A stretch of DNA of 64,000 nt from Kudoa neothunni (GCA_964304625.1 OZ199839.1:8666221-8730220), one strand, 5' to 3'. Positions 1 through 14,755 are shown, counted from the first letter of the stretch. Numbers and translations: made by a program. Notes: generated from the letters alone by a model not told the origin.

Positions 1-3000
1 AGTCTACCACAACCACATTCATCACCCTATTCACAACCTCATCAAAATTACAAACCAGTTGGGAATAATCAGGGTGGTTCGAATTATGGTGAAATGGCGC
101 CACCCCAGTCTCAATGCAATAACGCAAACTATCCGCAACAGGTGCCACAACAACCTCAGTACAATAATGCAAACTATCCACAACAGGCGCAACAACCAAC
201 TGGAGGAGCGTTATACAATAATTTCCCACAAAACTCTAACCCAAATGTTGCTTATATTCCTCAACCGAATGGCAATCAACCTGCCCCAACTAATCAATTT
301 TACACTAATGTCACACCTTCTCAACAATATCCTTCGTCGATGATGAACATGCATAATGCGTCGAACAGCTCGCAATCTAGCTCAGCCGGATTTAATGACA
401 ATATGCCAAATCCAGTAAATTTTTGATTGTTATTATTGAAATCAGTGGGTGAAACAAAATTTGTAGATTATTGAGCAGAGACAGCTGGATCAAAAGTATA
501 AAGAAACAACTGTATGTTATCATCAATTTGCGGAGCTTCCACCATCTTCCCAAACTCAATTCTACTACAGAGATGAAGGTATTTTAACCTTAATGAGACC
601 AACTGGTGTTATTTGTTTTTTGTCCCATAAATTAAGTCATTTACTCAAAAATTATACGTTAATATTCTGATATATTTTTCGTTTATTTTCATTAGAAATT
701 ATTAATTTTTAAACGAGTTATAATTTTGTAGGTAAACTTTTTGGATGTATTATGACAGATTAAAGTAGGTTATTTTACCTAATTCATTAATGTGGATGGT
801 TTGAGTAATGTGTAATATTGAAAATTATTTTTTATTTAAGTTGGATTGTTTCGACGTTTGCTTTGTGTCTTTTTTGTATATGTTTTCTTGACTCTAGATT
901 AGTCAAGGTGATAGACTAAGTTAATAATGATTTTAAAATACACATATCTCGTAATTTTCTATTCTCTTATTTCCTACAGTAGAGAGTAAAGAAGAAGTGA
1001 ACTATATTTTTAAAAATTGGGAATGTGGGAATGTAATTTGAGGAATAGACATCACAATTAATGTTCTTTTTTGAAAAAGCGAACATATTAGAGGCACCTA
1101 CTCATCTATTACGAATAGATTTTTATAGTTATCTTTCGAATAATCATAAATTGTAACTTTAAGGATTTTCTAAAATTTTTATAAATTAATAGTAGATTTT
1201 TTTAATGATATAAATTTATTTTCAGCTCGATAATTATATCTTTAATTTACCATCACATTTTTAAATTTCACATTCTTATAGGAATATCCAATCCAAGATA
1301 CATTCAATCCACTTATTATGTACTACCATCCACTAATAAAATTGCAAAAAGCACCAAAATACCATTGGGTATTGTTGTTAAACCGTTCGCATCAATACCC
1401 CATCAGGACAGTCAATTGATGTCATCGCATCAGGGATATGATGGCCCTTTACGATGTGAACAATGTCGAGGTTATTTGAATGTACAATCGATCTTTATTG
1501 ATGGTGGAAAAACGTTTGTGTGCAATTTGTGTGGACACAAAACAAACGGTATAATATGTGTAATTGGTGTGGGTGTTGAATTTGCTGGTTTTAGTTGCCG
1601 ACTCTTATTTCTGTTATTTGGATAGTTCGGGAGCACGTCTCGATAGATTTTCACGTCCTGAGTTGTGTCAAGGTAGTTACGAGTTATCCACCAACAAACT
1701 CTATTGCAGAAATAACACCCTACCGAAACCACCAATATACATTTTTATGTTCAATGTTTCCCGCAACAGTATCACCAATGGAATGATCTCGGTGGTGGCT
1801 GATATTCTTTCCAGTATCATACCGAAACATCTTCCTAAAGATAACCATTACATCGATCCTGATCAAACTCAGCAGAATGGTAGTGGTGTTAGTGCTTATC
1901 CTTCTTCACCAAACAGCATGCAGTATCCTACGAATGCACCTGTGAATGGCGCCAGTACCAACCAAACTGATCCCTCTAAGTTGCTTGTGAGAGTCGCATT
2001 CATGGCTTATGATAAACGGGTTTATTTTTTCAACGTTCGGGAACACAACACCACTCAAACCAAACAACAAGTTGAAATTTGTATCGATATCAATGATCCA
2101 TACATACCATCCTATAAAGGATTTATTGTGGATGCTTTGGATTGCGCTAGTCAAATTCAAAGGTGATTAATTTGATAATTTATCATCTCCTTGGTGTAAG
2201 TAGTAGTTATACAGTAAGGTCTCGATAGGAGTAGTTCACGCATATGATATGAGTTGGGTATATTTTGTATTAAAATAATTCCTAAACCTAGTCGAAAAAT
2301 ATGTGGTATTCTTTTCGATCAATCCACAGAAGGACTTAAACTAAATGTTTTATATGTATCACAATTAAAATATTTTTATTTGCAAAATCAAAAATATTCA
2401 TAAAGATATGATAACGTAAGAAAATTAATCATTGTTTCTCAAATTTATTCCCTTTTAGCTGGTATAAACTACAATGCTCATGTTTATTACAAAAAGAAGC
2501 TCCTCCCTAAATATCAAATTTTAAATTTTGATAATTAGATAAATTACAATGTTTATAATGGATTTTATTAGAGAAAGTTAGATTTAACTAGTGACTCAAA
2601 TGAAATATAGTCACAATCCTAAAGTTATAGTACTACTGTATATTTGTTTATAACTTACAATAACAATTAATCATTATTTAAACAAATTCAGACCTTTTTT
2701 ATATTTAAACTATTAAGAGACCTTTCAACCTGTTCTTATCGAGTCAAATATATTAAACATATTAAAAGTCTGTGTATTTTCGTAAACACCTGCTCTATAA
2801 ATAAAGATAGAAGTCGTTATAGTATCAATGATCTTATATCATTTAGGTTGGAATGTTAAATTCAGTTAAATATTACTTTGAAATAGGCGATTTTGGTCAT
2901 GTTGTTGGGATAAAGTTATTCGATTAACAAAAATAAACATTTTCTTAATGTTTTTGGAGATTTTGAAGATGTGACAACAGTTTTAAATAATTAAATTTTC

Positions 3001-5346
3001 CTTAGTTATTAAAAGTATCCCAAATAATTGTGTATAAGGAGAAAATATTACCATACATACGTAAAGTTCTTCATTATTTCATTTATAAAGTATTTAATTA
3101 TTATTTTGTATGTTTTGATAATTTAATTGGAAGAAGGACTTTTATAAATCAAATAATTAGAATATATGTGGGCACCATTAGTTTTTAGTTTATGATATCT
3201 TTGACTTAATAATTATTCTCGCCAAATTAACTATCACATTATTGATATTGAATTTTCTGAATTTTAGTTCAACTTTTAAATATTTTATTGTATCGAGATC
3301 TTAATGTAGCTCTGCTCTAACTACAACTGTGGGATTATTAGCAGTTGTATCATTATCATTAATATGGCATTGATTATGTGGACATAGTTTATTGCAAGAT
3401 TTACCCAAAATATTTGCCAATTCTACGGTTGTTGATACGTTATTAGGACCGGTTATAGAAAGTGCGGTTTCACTCTTAAAGGTATATCTAATCGAAACAA
3501 TTAGCTTGAATAAAATTTGGTGTTAGAGTAATGGAGATTGTGGTCGGTTGTTTATATTTCATTCAATGTTGCCGAATTTCGACGTGCCTGGAAAGTTGGA
3601 TAATCGTGATAACAACCCATTATTTTGTACAGAAAATGAATTGGTATGTTTTGTGTTGTGTCGATTTTTCAACTGAGCGTATATGTGTAGAATGTGCTGA
3701 AACCCAACGGTAATTACTATTCTAAACTTGCTGATAAATGTGTGTCCAATGGAGTGTCGGTGAATCTATTTCTCACCACAGCAGGCTATGTTGACATTGC
3801 CACATTGGGAACTTTGTGCGAAAATACCGGCGGTCGCATTTTTTATTATCCATTTTTCGACACCAAACGATCCGGTCAACAACTGGCCTACGATGTGCAA
3901 AGTTTCCTTGCCCGACCTTGTGCTCACGATGCCTATATGAAGTTGCGCGTTTCTAACGGACTAAGAGTCAGCTCCATCTATGGATGTATGTCATTGGCAT
4001 CTACCACCGACATTCAAGTCGCTTACATCGATTCCGATACCGTATGAATCAATATTGATATGTGTTGCCTTTTATTTTCTGTATTTGATGATGTTTTGTT
4101 GTGATATAGACCATTGCATTTGAACTAGAACACGATGACGATCTCAAACCAGGAACAACAGTCTCTTGTCAGTTGGCTATTCTTTACACTGCCTCATCTG
4201 GACAAAGGAGACTGCGAGTCCATAACATCTACCTAAGACATGCGAACGACTACACAGAAATTTATCGCTCTATCGGTTGTGAAGCCAGTGTCTGTTTATT
4301 AATGAAAAAATGTATTTATATTAATTTCTACTTACACACTCGCGTCAATTAAACAACGAATGTAATGTATATTGACTCCTTCTTTCTTTTTTAGATTGTA
4401 TCGAAATGTTAAAACAGAACAGCGTAACGTTTGTTGGCGACAAACTCAGCGAATACACCTATCAACCGTTGCTCTCCTACATCAAAAATTGCAAACAATC
4501 TCAGTCTCATTTTCAACAAGTAGTTATAATTTATATCAGTGAGATTTGGGCGTTATTTTCTATAAAATTCTTGATAATGTTGTAAATTGGTGTAGTTGGT
4601 GTTGCCTGAATCCCTCAAACTCTATCCTTTATATATGAATTCATTGATCAAATCGGACGCATTTTTGAGTCGAAAAGAGCTGGGTCAAGATGGAAGATCG
4701 ATGGCTATTATTCGATTCAAATCTGCTTCAATTGATGACATGCTTTTGGAGTTGTATCCTTCTATCTACAACATTGTAGGTTTTCATTTGTGTGCATGTG
4801 GTTGAATTTTAGTTGCATATAGTTCGATCCAACCAATAATGCCACCATTGAAGAGCTTAACCAAAAGACCCCTTCACTTTCTGAGCTCGGCATTCAAAGT
4901 CATCGTTGCTGTTATGAACGACTGTGTAATGATCAAGTCTATCTCATGGTTCTACCCCATATTTTATTCCTTTGGGTGGGGAATGGAATCAATCAGGAAT
5001 CTTTTAGATGTCTTTTTGGAGTGAATTCAATTGAACAAATCGATGGGGTTGTTATGGAGACGCTCCCCGCATTTGACAACCCATTGTCCAACACCACTCG
5101 TCTATTGGTCAATTTGGTGAGGAAACATCATCACCCCAATAGATTTATTCCGGTAATTCTATTGATGATTATAAAATTATTGTTTTTCACTTTTTATTTT
5201 TATAGATAACCGTTGTCAAACAGGGAGGCCTTTCGGAAAACACCTTTCGACATTTTATGGCTGAAAGCAAGTCTTCCAAACCAAAATCATTCACTTACAT
5301 GGAATATTTGTGCTTTATTCATAAATCAATAAACGAACATTTATAA
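1..5346 (+). CDS. SEC24C: COPII coat cargo adaptor Sec24C/D-type, multi-exon, 5' end outside window
   Basis: Frame is open from base 1 (Q/P/N-rich N-terminus). Spliced translation gives DEG|ISNPRYIQSTYY, zinc finger PLRCEQCRGYLN...FVCNLC, RPELCQGSYE, trunk region VAFMAYDKRVYFFNV, GGRIFYYPFF, SGQRRLRVHN, LVLPESLKLYPLY, and C-terminal TYMEYLCFIHKSINEHL* (TAA 5344-5346). Introns are GT-AG, including long ones at 579-1281 and 2163-3387. C versus D paralog cannot be resolved. Confidence 0.95.
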
Positions 5347-5633
5347 CATTCTTATTAGTACTATTTTGAAGGGTATCTTGTTTGTTTTTACGGACGGATT
5401 TTTATTTATTTAGTAAATAGTAAGTTATTTTGGTTATTTAAAAATTTAAAATATGGGATAATTTTTTAAATTAAATTTTTTATTTTTATAGTTGAGTAGG
5501 TTGAGTCAATAATATTTAATCATTATTTCAAATATAAAAAAATGTGATTCTTAAATATAAACCCCCAGGTGCATTGTATTTGTTGTTCAGATTTATTTTT
5601 TCTCAATAACCATTTAAAAGTTGTCGAAATGAA

Positions 5634-5699
5634 GTATGTATGTATGTATGTATGTATGTATGTATGTATGTATGTATGTATGTATGTATGTATGTATGT
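5634..5699. repeat. (GTAT)n microsatellite, about 16 units
   Basis: Perfect tetranucleotide run seen directly. Confidence 0.97.
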
Positions 5700-6572
5700 T
5701 TAGAACGAAATATCATTTAGAAATATAATCTGCAACACGCATGCGAGCGAATTTTATTATCAATCTATTTGGACTGATAGAAATATTGCTTTTTAAATTT
5801 AACACTGTGATTTAAGTTTTCTTAATTTTTACATCCTTTACTCACAAATAATTGTAGACATTAAATTGTTGAATTCACGCTGTTTTTACTTTTTGATGCC
5901 ATAAATCCATAAATGCTTGGTTTAAGTCAGGAAAATTTGTGTCAAATTTTTGATATAAATAACATCTGCCAGATTAAAGTAATAGCATAATCATTAAATG
6001 ACTGGGCTCGGACATATTCTTTTGAGGCTGTAATGTTATTTATGATTTAAGAAAACTGAAAAAACCAATATTATTCCTATTACGTAACTTAAATTGTTGA
6101 TTTTAATCCTTTTAAAATTCAAAATGCTTCACAATAAAACCCGAAAATGACGCGATCTCAGAGAAATAATGAAGATAAAATCAAAATAAATAACATTTTA
6201 ATGTAATGAATAGTCAACAATCATAGGCAGGTTTGGAACGCTCGAGACAACTTAAAAGGAAGATGCTATAGCACTCTGTTGCTTTTTGTGCGTATGATAG
6301 ATTTGGTTACAATCCTTATAATTGATCATAACGCAAGATAGTAAAAAAAATAGGAACCCCCACAAAATTAATGAATAATTTTTAAAAAAATAATTATTTG
6401 TATGTGTGCACATGTGCGTGTCTCGTTATTGAATTATTTTTTGGGACCAAGATAAAATTACGCAATATCAAGAGTTTACTGTATTTAATTATTATTTTCT
6501 TAACATTTCGTCTCTATGGGTTTCAAAAACTTGTAGCTATCTAAAGAATTCACTATTTATTTAACTTGTTAA

Positions 6573-7811
6573 CCCTCCCGGGACCAAATGAGGTCTCTCG
6601 TCACCCCATTTTAGGTAAATCTTATTTTTAAAAATGAAAATCTCATAGGATTCCGTACATCTCATAGGATTCCGTACCAAATTCACTCAATCTTAGACAA
6701 TATATTTGTAGTTTATAGAAATTCAAGCTTTTTTTAAAATATAAGAATTTATCCCAGGGAAAATGCCTGTATAATTGAACACATGTTCTCCATACGTCCC
6801 CATACTTAATGTTTTAACTTGATATTAAACTTATTAAAAGAATAAAAATAAACAACGAACATACTGTCACAATTAATATATATTAAACATTCAATAAAGG
6901 GGCAAATTGTATGTTTTTCCCTTTTCCTATCGAAGGATTACGATGACGTCATAAGATTAAATTAAGATTTATCAGCTATATGTATTTTAAACTTTAGGGA
7001 GAACAAGAGTATATTATTTCATTTAGATGATTAATTTAAGAATAAATATATATTATGGAATGCGCTTTGATAACGATATCAATAATTTGCGGCTCAATTA
7101 CAATGTAAGTGTACCAATTTAGAGGGGGAGGAGGGCATCGTAACTAATCGGTGAATATTTGCACTAGACTTTTAAACTTTTAAGAGTCAGTGTTATTCTA
7201 TTCGCATTTAAAATATAGTATCGAACTAGTTAATATATGTATTGGTATTGTCAGACATGTAGTTTTAAATCCGATTGATGTTATCTTGAAAAAATTGTTC
7301 TCTCTTTAGGAAACCTTCCGAATCTTTCATATTTAATTTTTTTTATTTGAATATATAAACATACTCAAATACTTACAACCGTGACCCAGACTTAATCTTA
7401 CATGCAATTTTGTGATTAATGACTTTTTTCGGAAATCATGCCTGATTTCGTGTATGGTCGCTTGCGTGCATTTATCATCTATATTTGATTGAACGCCGTT
7501 ATTATACTTCGAGAAACTTTAAATAATGTAGATATAATAAAACATATAAATTTAAACATACGATAACATACGTTCTGTTGCAGATGTTTATAATATTTAA
7601 TCGAAGAATTAATTATATATTTTTTTCCAATTTCATTATCTTTAAAGCAAACTTCCAAACTAATAATATAGCTGCGTTATGAGTAATAATTATAATAATA
7701 GCTTTTTGATTCAACTGCGCAATAAAATAAGAAAATAATGATGGGTTCAAAAATGACCCCCACCCATGGGTACATACATACTGAAGTTATCGAAACACGG
7801 TCTTTCGACGT
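6573..7811. mobile_element. Possible degenerate non-autonomous piggyBac-like element
   Basis: TTAA|CCCTCCCGGGACC at the left and GGTCTTTCGACGT|TTAA at the right (partial TIR match). Subterminal GG(T)TC...ACCCC palindromic motifs near 6591-6608 and 7743-7762. Contains a 19-bp tandem duplication at 6640-6677. Confidence 0.35.
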
Positions 7812-8599
7812 TTAATAGGAGTTGTTAAGATTAAAAATGGCGACTCGTCCCCATTTCGACTCATTTTTAATTTAAATTTCTGCTACTATGGTCAGCAATG
7901 TTTGCAAAGATACCCAATTTCGAACAAATTGATTAAATTTATCAAGTTTTGTTCGAATATTTATTATTGTCTTTTGGTTGGCCCCCTATTATTTAAGTTT
8001 TTCGGAAAAAGTTAGTAAGGGGATAAATTTCGGTCAGAAGGCGGTTGGATTTGTTTAAATGAGAATTATATCGTTAAAATTTTTAGTTTAATTAATAATT
8101 TAAAATTTTTAATAGGGAGCTAATGTCAACTATTAAATCCAATTTTTGATTTAATCGGACTAAATTAATAATAATTCGTTAAATTATAGAAAAAAACTTT
8201 AAATTTATGTTAACATTTATTAATATTAATTATATAAAATTTAATATTTTTACATAATCTTAAAATTCACAACTATTTTAAAATGTTTAAAGTATCATTA
8301 AATTTTTGCTTACCAAAAACATTAAAATATTAATACTGAATTCGATTATATCGAGATCAAACTCAATATTATAAATTTAGCATTATGGATCTCCTTAAAT
8401 TTTCTCAACTTATCAATGTTTAGGTAGAGAATACAATTTGGTGTATGCTTATTTTAAGAACTATATTCACATACTACCTAAGACAACTAAAATTTAATAT
8501 ATAGAACAAATCAGTTTAATTTGTATCCTGCTCACTCAAACATTGAATACCATATAATACAATTTACTTTTGAATTGAAACGTCCCACCAACTGTAGTC

Positions 8600-9330
8600 G
8601 CTCTATGTCGTTTTATTTATTAAACAGACCATTATATTTCATTTATGAATAAAACATTCCAATTATACAATTATTATCTACTCCCAAGATTCAAAATTAA
8701 TCTAATACTTCGTCTTCTGACCGTTAAATGAAAAATAGAGTGTCCATTTGAAGACTATTAGCTTTTCAATAGTAAACTCTAATGTTATTGTTATTTTCAG
8801 GTCCAATTGAAATTTGTAATGAATACTAACCTCATAATAATAACCTGAAAGCAAGCATGACTATATTTCCAGCAATTAACTGGTTATGTTATTGCTATCT
8901 AATTTGGATGACTACATATGCAGCATCTGTACATGCAAATATTTGGGATGTGTGATTTTAATTTGAATCAAAACATATCCTCGTTAAAGAGGGCTTATTG
9001 TTTAATGCGTCAAATGCTCAAATTTAAAAATTTACCATTACTTCTTTTCCATAAGTAGATAATGGTTTTGCAGCGTTTGAGGTTTCTTCTTAGTTCAAAC
9101 CCACAATTTCGTTAATTATAAATACGTTCGCGCAGATGAGGCGAAAAAGTAATTTAAATCAGAATATAAGAATTCGAGAAAGACGCTTAGAGTAAGATTA
9201 AGTTTGAATTAGAATTATGGTTGAGTCTCGACAAAAATAAACTACAGAATCCTGCTCTGTTCTAACCATTCTTCAAAATCACAGTGTTCGCTGTTCCTGC
9301 ATGCGATTGATGGAAAGTCTTTCTTAGTTT
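8600..9330 (-). pseudogene. Heavily decayed Ty3/Gypsy-like RT-connection/RNase H fragment
   Basis: Minus-strand fragments in the expected order: AAKPL...AFDAL..., IFACTDAA (TDAS-like), YS...RVY. Many stops and frameshifts. Confidence 0.4.
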
Positions 9331-9839
9331 TATGGCGAGAATATAAAGTAATATCTACTTATAAAAAATACCTTTTTGTTATTCTTTTTAGTCTTATATT
9401 TGATACAAATAGATACATTTCAAAAATCAGGAGTAAAGTTTTAATTTGGATTCATTTTATGATAAAATGAAAAATTTTACGTGTTCTATTTTTTCATTGT
9501 ACAATTATATATTTTTCATTTCACTATAACTACATAGTCGGCATTCGTATTTTTTCAGTTGCAATAACATTTCAAACCTATTCCTAATATGTCCGCTTGA
9601 GAGGCACAATTTAAATTCGTAGAATACCGATTCAATTTTTAAGCACTATAATTATATATCAAAATTTACTGTGCAAAAGTGAATACGCGATAAAAAATGC
9701 ATCGAAAACTAAGCGAATAAGGTAGAATGATGTAAATAGTGTTTTATAACTAAACGAACATATATTAACGTAAAGAGCGCATTTGGGCGAAACGGTTGAA
9801 TCATTATGGAGATTGTTCTGCGCTAGATGGAAGAGGAAA

Positions 9840-12700
9840 TTATCTTCTGGGATTTTGGTTGCTTTGATCTGATAATGATTTGAAAATTTCATTTAAATCG
9901 ATGTTATTGTTTTCATTATTGTTGTTTGAAGGTTCCTGCTGTTGGTTGTTGTTGTTGTTGTTAACATAGTTAAAATTTTCTCCTGTTAAAATAGTGGAGC
10001 CGTTAAGCAGATCTTGTATAGATGTGGCTTGAGTTAGGTTTCTAATTTGATTTGATAGTTCCACCAGTTGGTTGAGTTGATCCTGAGTGATGTTAAAGTT
10101 GATTTGATCAGAGGGTTCGTTTTGAGTGTTAAAACCATCGTTGAGTTCTGGAGCAGTTTGCAAAGAGTTGTCTGTGGCGATGTCAGCCAAAGATTCACCA
10201 TTTGAAGGTACGTTTATATAAAAAGGTGAAAATTGGTTGATTATTTGATGCTGACTGAGAAAATAATCAACAAAATCGTCGTTTGATTGTGAATGTTGCT
10301 CGGCATTGCCTACGTCAAAGATGTTGTTGTTAGTAGTAGTAGTAGTAGTAGTAGTAGTACTTTCAGGATGTCCGTAGATGTTTTGATTGACGACAGAGTA
10401 GTTCATCGAATAATCCGAATTAGTGTTGTTAACGTTAACACATGAGTTAGTTTGCATGCCATTGTTGGCTAAAAAGTTTATGGCGTTAACGTTGATGTTA
10501 CCGCCGTGCATCATATCGCGATTCGGAGGAACTATGTTAAGAGCATTGTTGTTGGAGTCAGTCGTTTGGTTGTCATAAGAAAACCCGTTTTGTAGAGATT
10601 CATGTGGGTTTGTGGTATGACTGTTTTCACCATATTCATAAGTTATGAGATGTTCAGTTCGTTTTCGATTTTTTTCCTCTTGTTGTTCCATGATGTAGCT
10701 TTTAATGTTGTCCATGTCTAGAGTGACGTCATCTTCATCGTTTGAGTCTTCGCTGGAATCTTCTTCAACTTTTTGGAATAAACTATCAAAATCACCTAAC
10801 ACAATACTCAATCATCAAACCATAACCATCCCTAAATACTTTCATCTTGTAAACTTCTTCTTATAGCATCTGGATGTTTGCGAAGCCATTTGTTAATTTC
10901 CTTTTCAATTCCACGTTGTTTCTCCACTTTAAGTGCCCATAAACAACCCTTGCGTTGGTTCTTATTTTCTTTCTTTTGGGCTTTGTTGATCTTGTAAAAC
11001 GCTTTGTTCAAAGAAAGATTATGTCTCACTGAATTCTAAAAAGATGTCAAAACTGGTTAGGCCAATTGCTCAATATGTACCTTCCATCCTTCTGGAGCAG
11101 TCTTAAAATAGGGAAACTTCTCTCTATAATACATTGAAAATATACAAATAACAAACAAATAGAAATTCATACTGCATGTATTTGTAAATCTCACTAACTG
11201 GTAAGTTGCCAGTTGGACTATTTTTCAAAGCCATTGCAATCAAACAAGAATAAGAAAACACCGGTTTTGGGTGTCTAGTTTCAGCATATGGACGGACCAT
11301 CGAATTCGGCCTCACAATTCTCTCCATTGGAACTGATTCCCTTTGAGGTGCCACTGTAATAGTGTACACCTGCGGATATCTGACGTTTGAAATCATATAT
11401 GGTCTTCTGTTGGCATGGTTTTGGTATGGAGCAGTATAATTGTTTTGTTGCAATACATGCATGTGATTAGGGTTGATACCTGGAATGAAAGTGGGGCCTT
11501 GTCTATTGAAATTGTTGTTTTGAGGTTGAACAGGGGTTATAACGTGAGCGACATTCCCCGGAACGTTCACATACTGTCTCAAAAGGGCATTATACTGGGC
11601 GTTCATTAAGAGATCGTTGTTAATGGATGGTCCATTTTGAAATTGAACGTTTCTTTGGTCTGTATTACTTTGTGGATTGTCTTGGGCAATAGTTTGGGGG
11701 ACAATTAGTTGAGATACGTTTTGTTGGTTGTTCCAATTGTTTGAGTTTGGCTCATTTGGTGTGTGTTGGGGCTGAGGTTGTATTAGTTGTATCATCGAAT
11801 TCACATTATTATTCCCAAGTAATAAAGTTCTTTTAGGAGGAGCACCCTCAGTAGTGCAACCGAAATCAACGGAGTAGTATGTTTGTTGCTCATTTTCGGA
11901 ATTTTCAGGTTTTGCAATCTCCATTATATGAACTACATCATTCGGGTTACTCATTTGTTCATCCTGTGGCTGTTGATGTTGTGCATGGCTTATCTGTTCA
12001 TCATTTGTTTGAGAAACGTATGGAGGAGTTTGTTGTCTTCTATCGGTTCCCAATAATTGGGAAGGAAAAAAGCCTTTGATTAGTTGTGCTAGTCGATAAC
12101 CGATGGGGTTATTGATTTGTTGGGTGTAGTTAGCGTCTTGCAAGTTACTATCATCAACATTTTCAGTTTCTCTCTGAATATCTTGAGTGTCCGGCAGAAT
12201 AATATCATTGGATTGATGTGTGAAGTCGTTCATTGAATCAATTGATTGTTGGTATGAGTCATTAATATCCAGATCTGGAAAATAACTTGGTCTTGTTTGA
12301 GCAACTTGCGAACTGTATAATCTTGAAGTTTCATTTCCGTTTATCGCTGAACTAGTAAGGGTGGTGTTTAGAAAGTTTCGTTCGTCTAGCAATATTGATG
12401 ATAATGATGCTAAGGAGCTCGAATTAGGATTCGCGTCATTGATGTTGTACAGAAAGTTCTCATTTGGAGAGAAAATATTTTCTATATTCGACCCGGATTA
12501 GTTAAAATTAATAATCAGCCAAGAGATAGTGTATTACCGTTTGTGTTGGTGAAATTTCTTTGTTGAGGAACGGTTTCGGTATTTTGCGAGGAAGGGTTGT
12601 CATTTGGTGGATTAATTTGATCATTTTTCTTATTGCGATTGACGTGGTCTTCTTTCCAATTAGGGGGATGTTTTTTATTATTCCAGTCAGAATTTTCCAT
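9840..12700 (-). CDS. FOXN4: Forkhead box transcription factor of the FoxN1/4 class, multi-exon
   Basis: Spliced forkhead domain [34 protein letters not shown]|[14 protein letters not shown]|[13 protein letters not shown]...RKGCLWAL...[17 protein letters not shown] matches the FoxN1/FoxN4 signature. ATG at 12700, N/Q-rich flanks, stop at 9840. Confidence 0.93.
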
Positions 12701-13599
12701 TACTCAATCTAATAAATTTTCCACTGACCAATCACTCAAATTGTAAGATTCACTTTAAATTAATTATAATAGGTTTAGGTCGGGATATCAAAAAAAGCTG
12801 CCAACTTTTTTAGCTTTTATTTCGATAATTTTCTGTCTGGAAAATATATCTTGGTTTTAATTTGGTGGACTTGACGAAAAAATTTGCACACTTGGTGTAT
12901 AACTAAAACTACCAACCTAAACAATGAACAATTATAATGCATGTGTGATTTTTTTTTTAATTTCATAAGGGAATTTCGTGTTTGGTGTGGATTAACGCTC
13001 ACCAGTTACCACGTATCAGATTCAGGGAATAAAAATGTATCGATAATTATCCAAATAAAAAAATAAATTTTTAAATGTATACTATGGTAAGGTGGCGAAT
13101 AAATTCTAAATTTTTTAAACTAATATAGTTACCTTGTTCAAAAACCAAGTTACTTTATGAGGATTTTGACGATTAAAGAATGAATAAAACAAATTTCATA
13201 AGTTTATAAATGTATCCAAGTAAATAATCCAAACAATAGAAACTGTCATGTTTAGCACTTTTACCATAGCAGCTGAACAAGTTTTTTAAATTTTTTGTCA
13301 AGCATATAAGTACACCATGACAAAATAAGGTGGGCTTTATTAGCTAAAATCAACTAACAAACTCGATGAAATCTATGAGATAAATTTAATTTTATTCCCA
13401 CATAAAACAATTCTTTAAGGTGTATTACCAGCCAACTCATTGATACTCGACCAAACATGTCCGTTTGGGGAATTGATTATTTGTGAGCAGAGTGTACAGT
13501 TCTAGATTACGATCAACCTATTACAAATATATTACAACTGCTTTATATTGATTCAATATGTGGAATAATTAAAAAAATACTCTTAAATATAAATTCTAA

Positions 13600-13970
13600 C
13601 TTTAATTCTCCAATGACAAAAACCTGCCTGTTAATTACAATAAAACCTGTTCCACATTACACGAAAATGACTCAAATCGAATCCAATTCAACAAAACATC
13701 AAATAAAAATTACTTTTAATCCAAAATTCATTTGAAAGGGACACCACTGAGGGAACGTATTCTCTCCCTGAACAAATTCAGCAGTCGATCCCACAATATT
13801 GGTTTTGGAGTTTATTTATAAATTCAAATTTAACATTGTTTCTTTCGTTGATATAAACAGACTCTCTTCATTTAAATCTCCAATGTTTTTCAAAACATAC
13901 TCTAGTTCTGGCTGGGATTATGAAGTTTCACTAAGAGTGCAGCCATTTCTCGCAGACGTGAGAACCAAGT
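13600..13970 (+). pseudogene. Possible Penelope-like reverse transcriptase remnant
   Basis: SKIHLKGTPLR (PKIHK..PLRPI-like) followed by VSLRVQPFLADV (VSFDV.SLFTNV-like), interrupted by stops. Confidence 0.3.
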
Positions 13971-14755
13971 AGACTCAGCTAATAGAATGCTTACTCAAAA
14001 AATATTCCCAACTAGTAGCCTACACAATTCTTTGTGCTTGATAGAACATTTTTATGTTTGTATACAATGGGTTTACATGCAAACTGTGAAACAATACAAG
14101 TTTTATTCAAATGGATGTTGGGCGTTTATTAAACGAAAGCATTCTTCTATCCTTTTAGTCTTCTGGGGGAAATTTAAATGAAAATTTTTGTAAATAAATC
14201 AAGGTGGACAAATTTTTGCAATTATAAAATTTCGAAAAAGTTCAATTAAATATGAAATCACATTTTACATTAAAATCTAATTCACTAACAATAAAAATCT
14301 GCATTTTAAAGCATATTTTTATATTTAAAACTAAAAAATTCTGTAATCAACAGTTTTAAAAATATTTGTTTTGATAAATCAAAATTTTTGTTAGAAAGAA
14401 TGTAAATTTATATATTGATATGCATGCGCGATAAAATATTTTTATCGGCGTCCTTTTTAAAATGAGGTAAAGAAAAATTTTGTTATTCTTACTATAGACT
14501 TTTAATTTTTAATATTTTATAGTTTAATATGATGGGTATAAAATAATTTCGAAATGAAATTATTACGGCCGCTATTAGATATTAGATGCATTATGATAGG
14601 CGTACTTTTTGATAATTTATTTTGGCCAGGGAGAAATGCATTAATCATCTCACTATTGTATTTATAATGATTTTTAATTGAAAGATATAGAAAAATAACT
14701 AAAGATATCAATTAATTTTTTAGTTGATTTACAATTTTACCTAATGTATTTTTAA

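Noticed and set aside
1472-2160. Minus-strand and alternative-frame ORFs over Sec24 (likewise those over FoxN, Cdc37, the FN3-like gene, PRP17 and NOV)
   Set aside because: They are shadows of real coding exons with no independent motifs. Many start at TTG or GTG, which is not expected in a eukaryotic nuclear gene.
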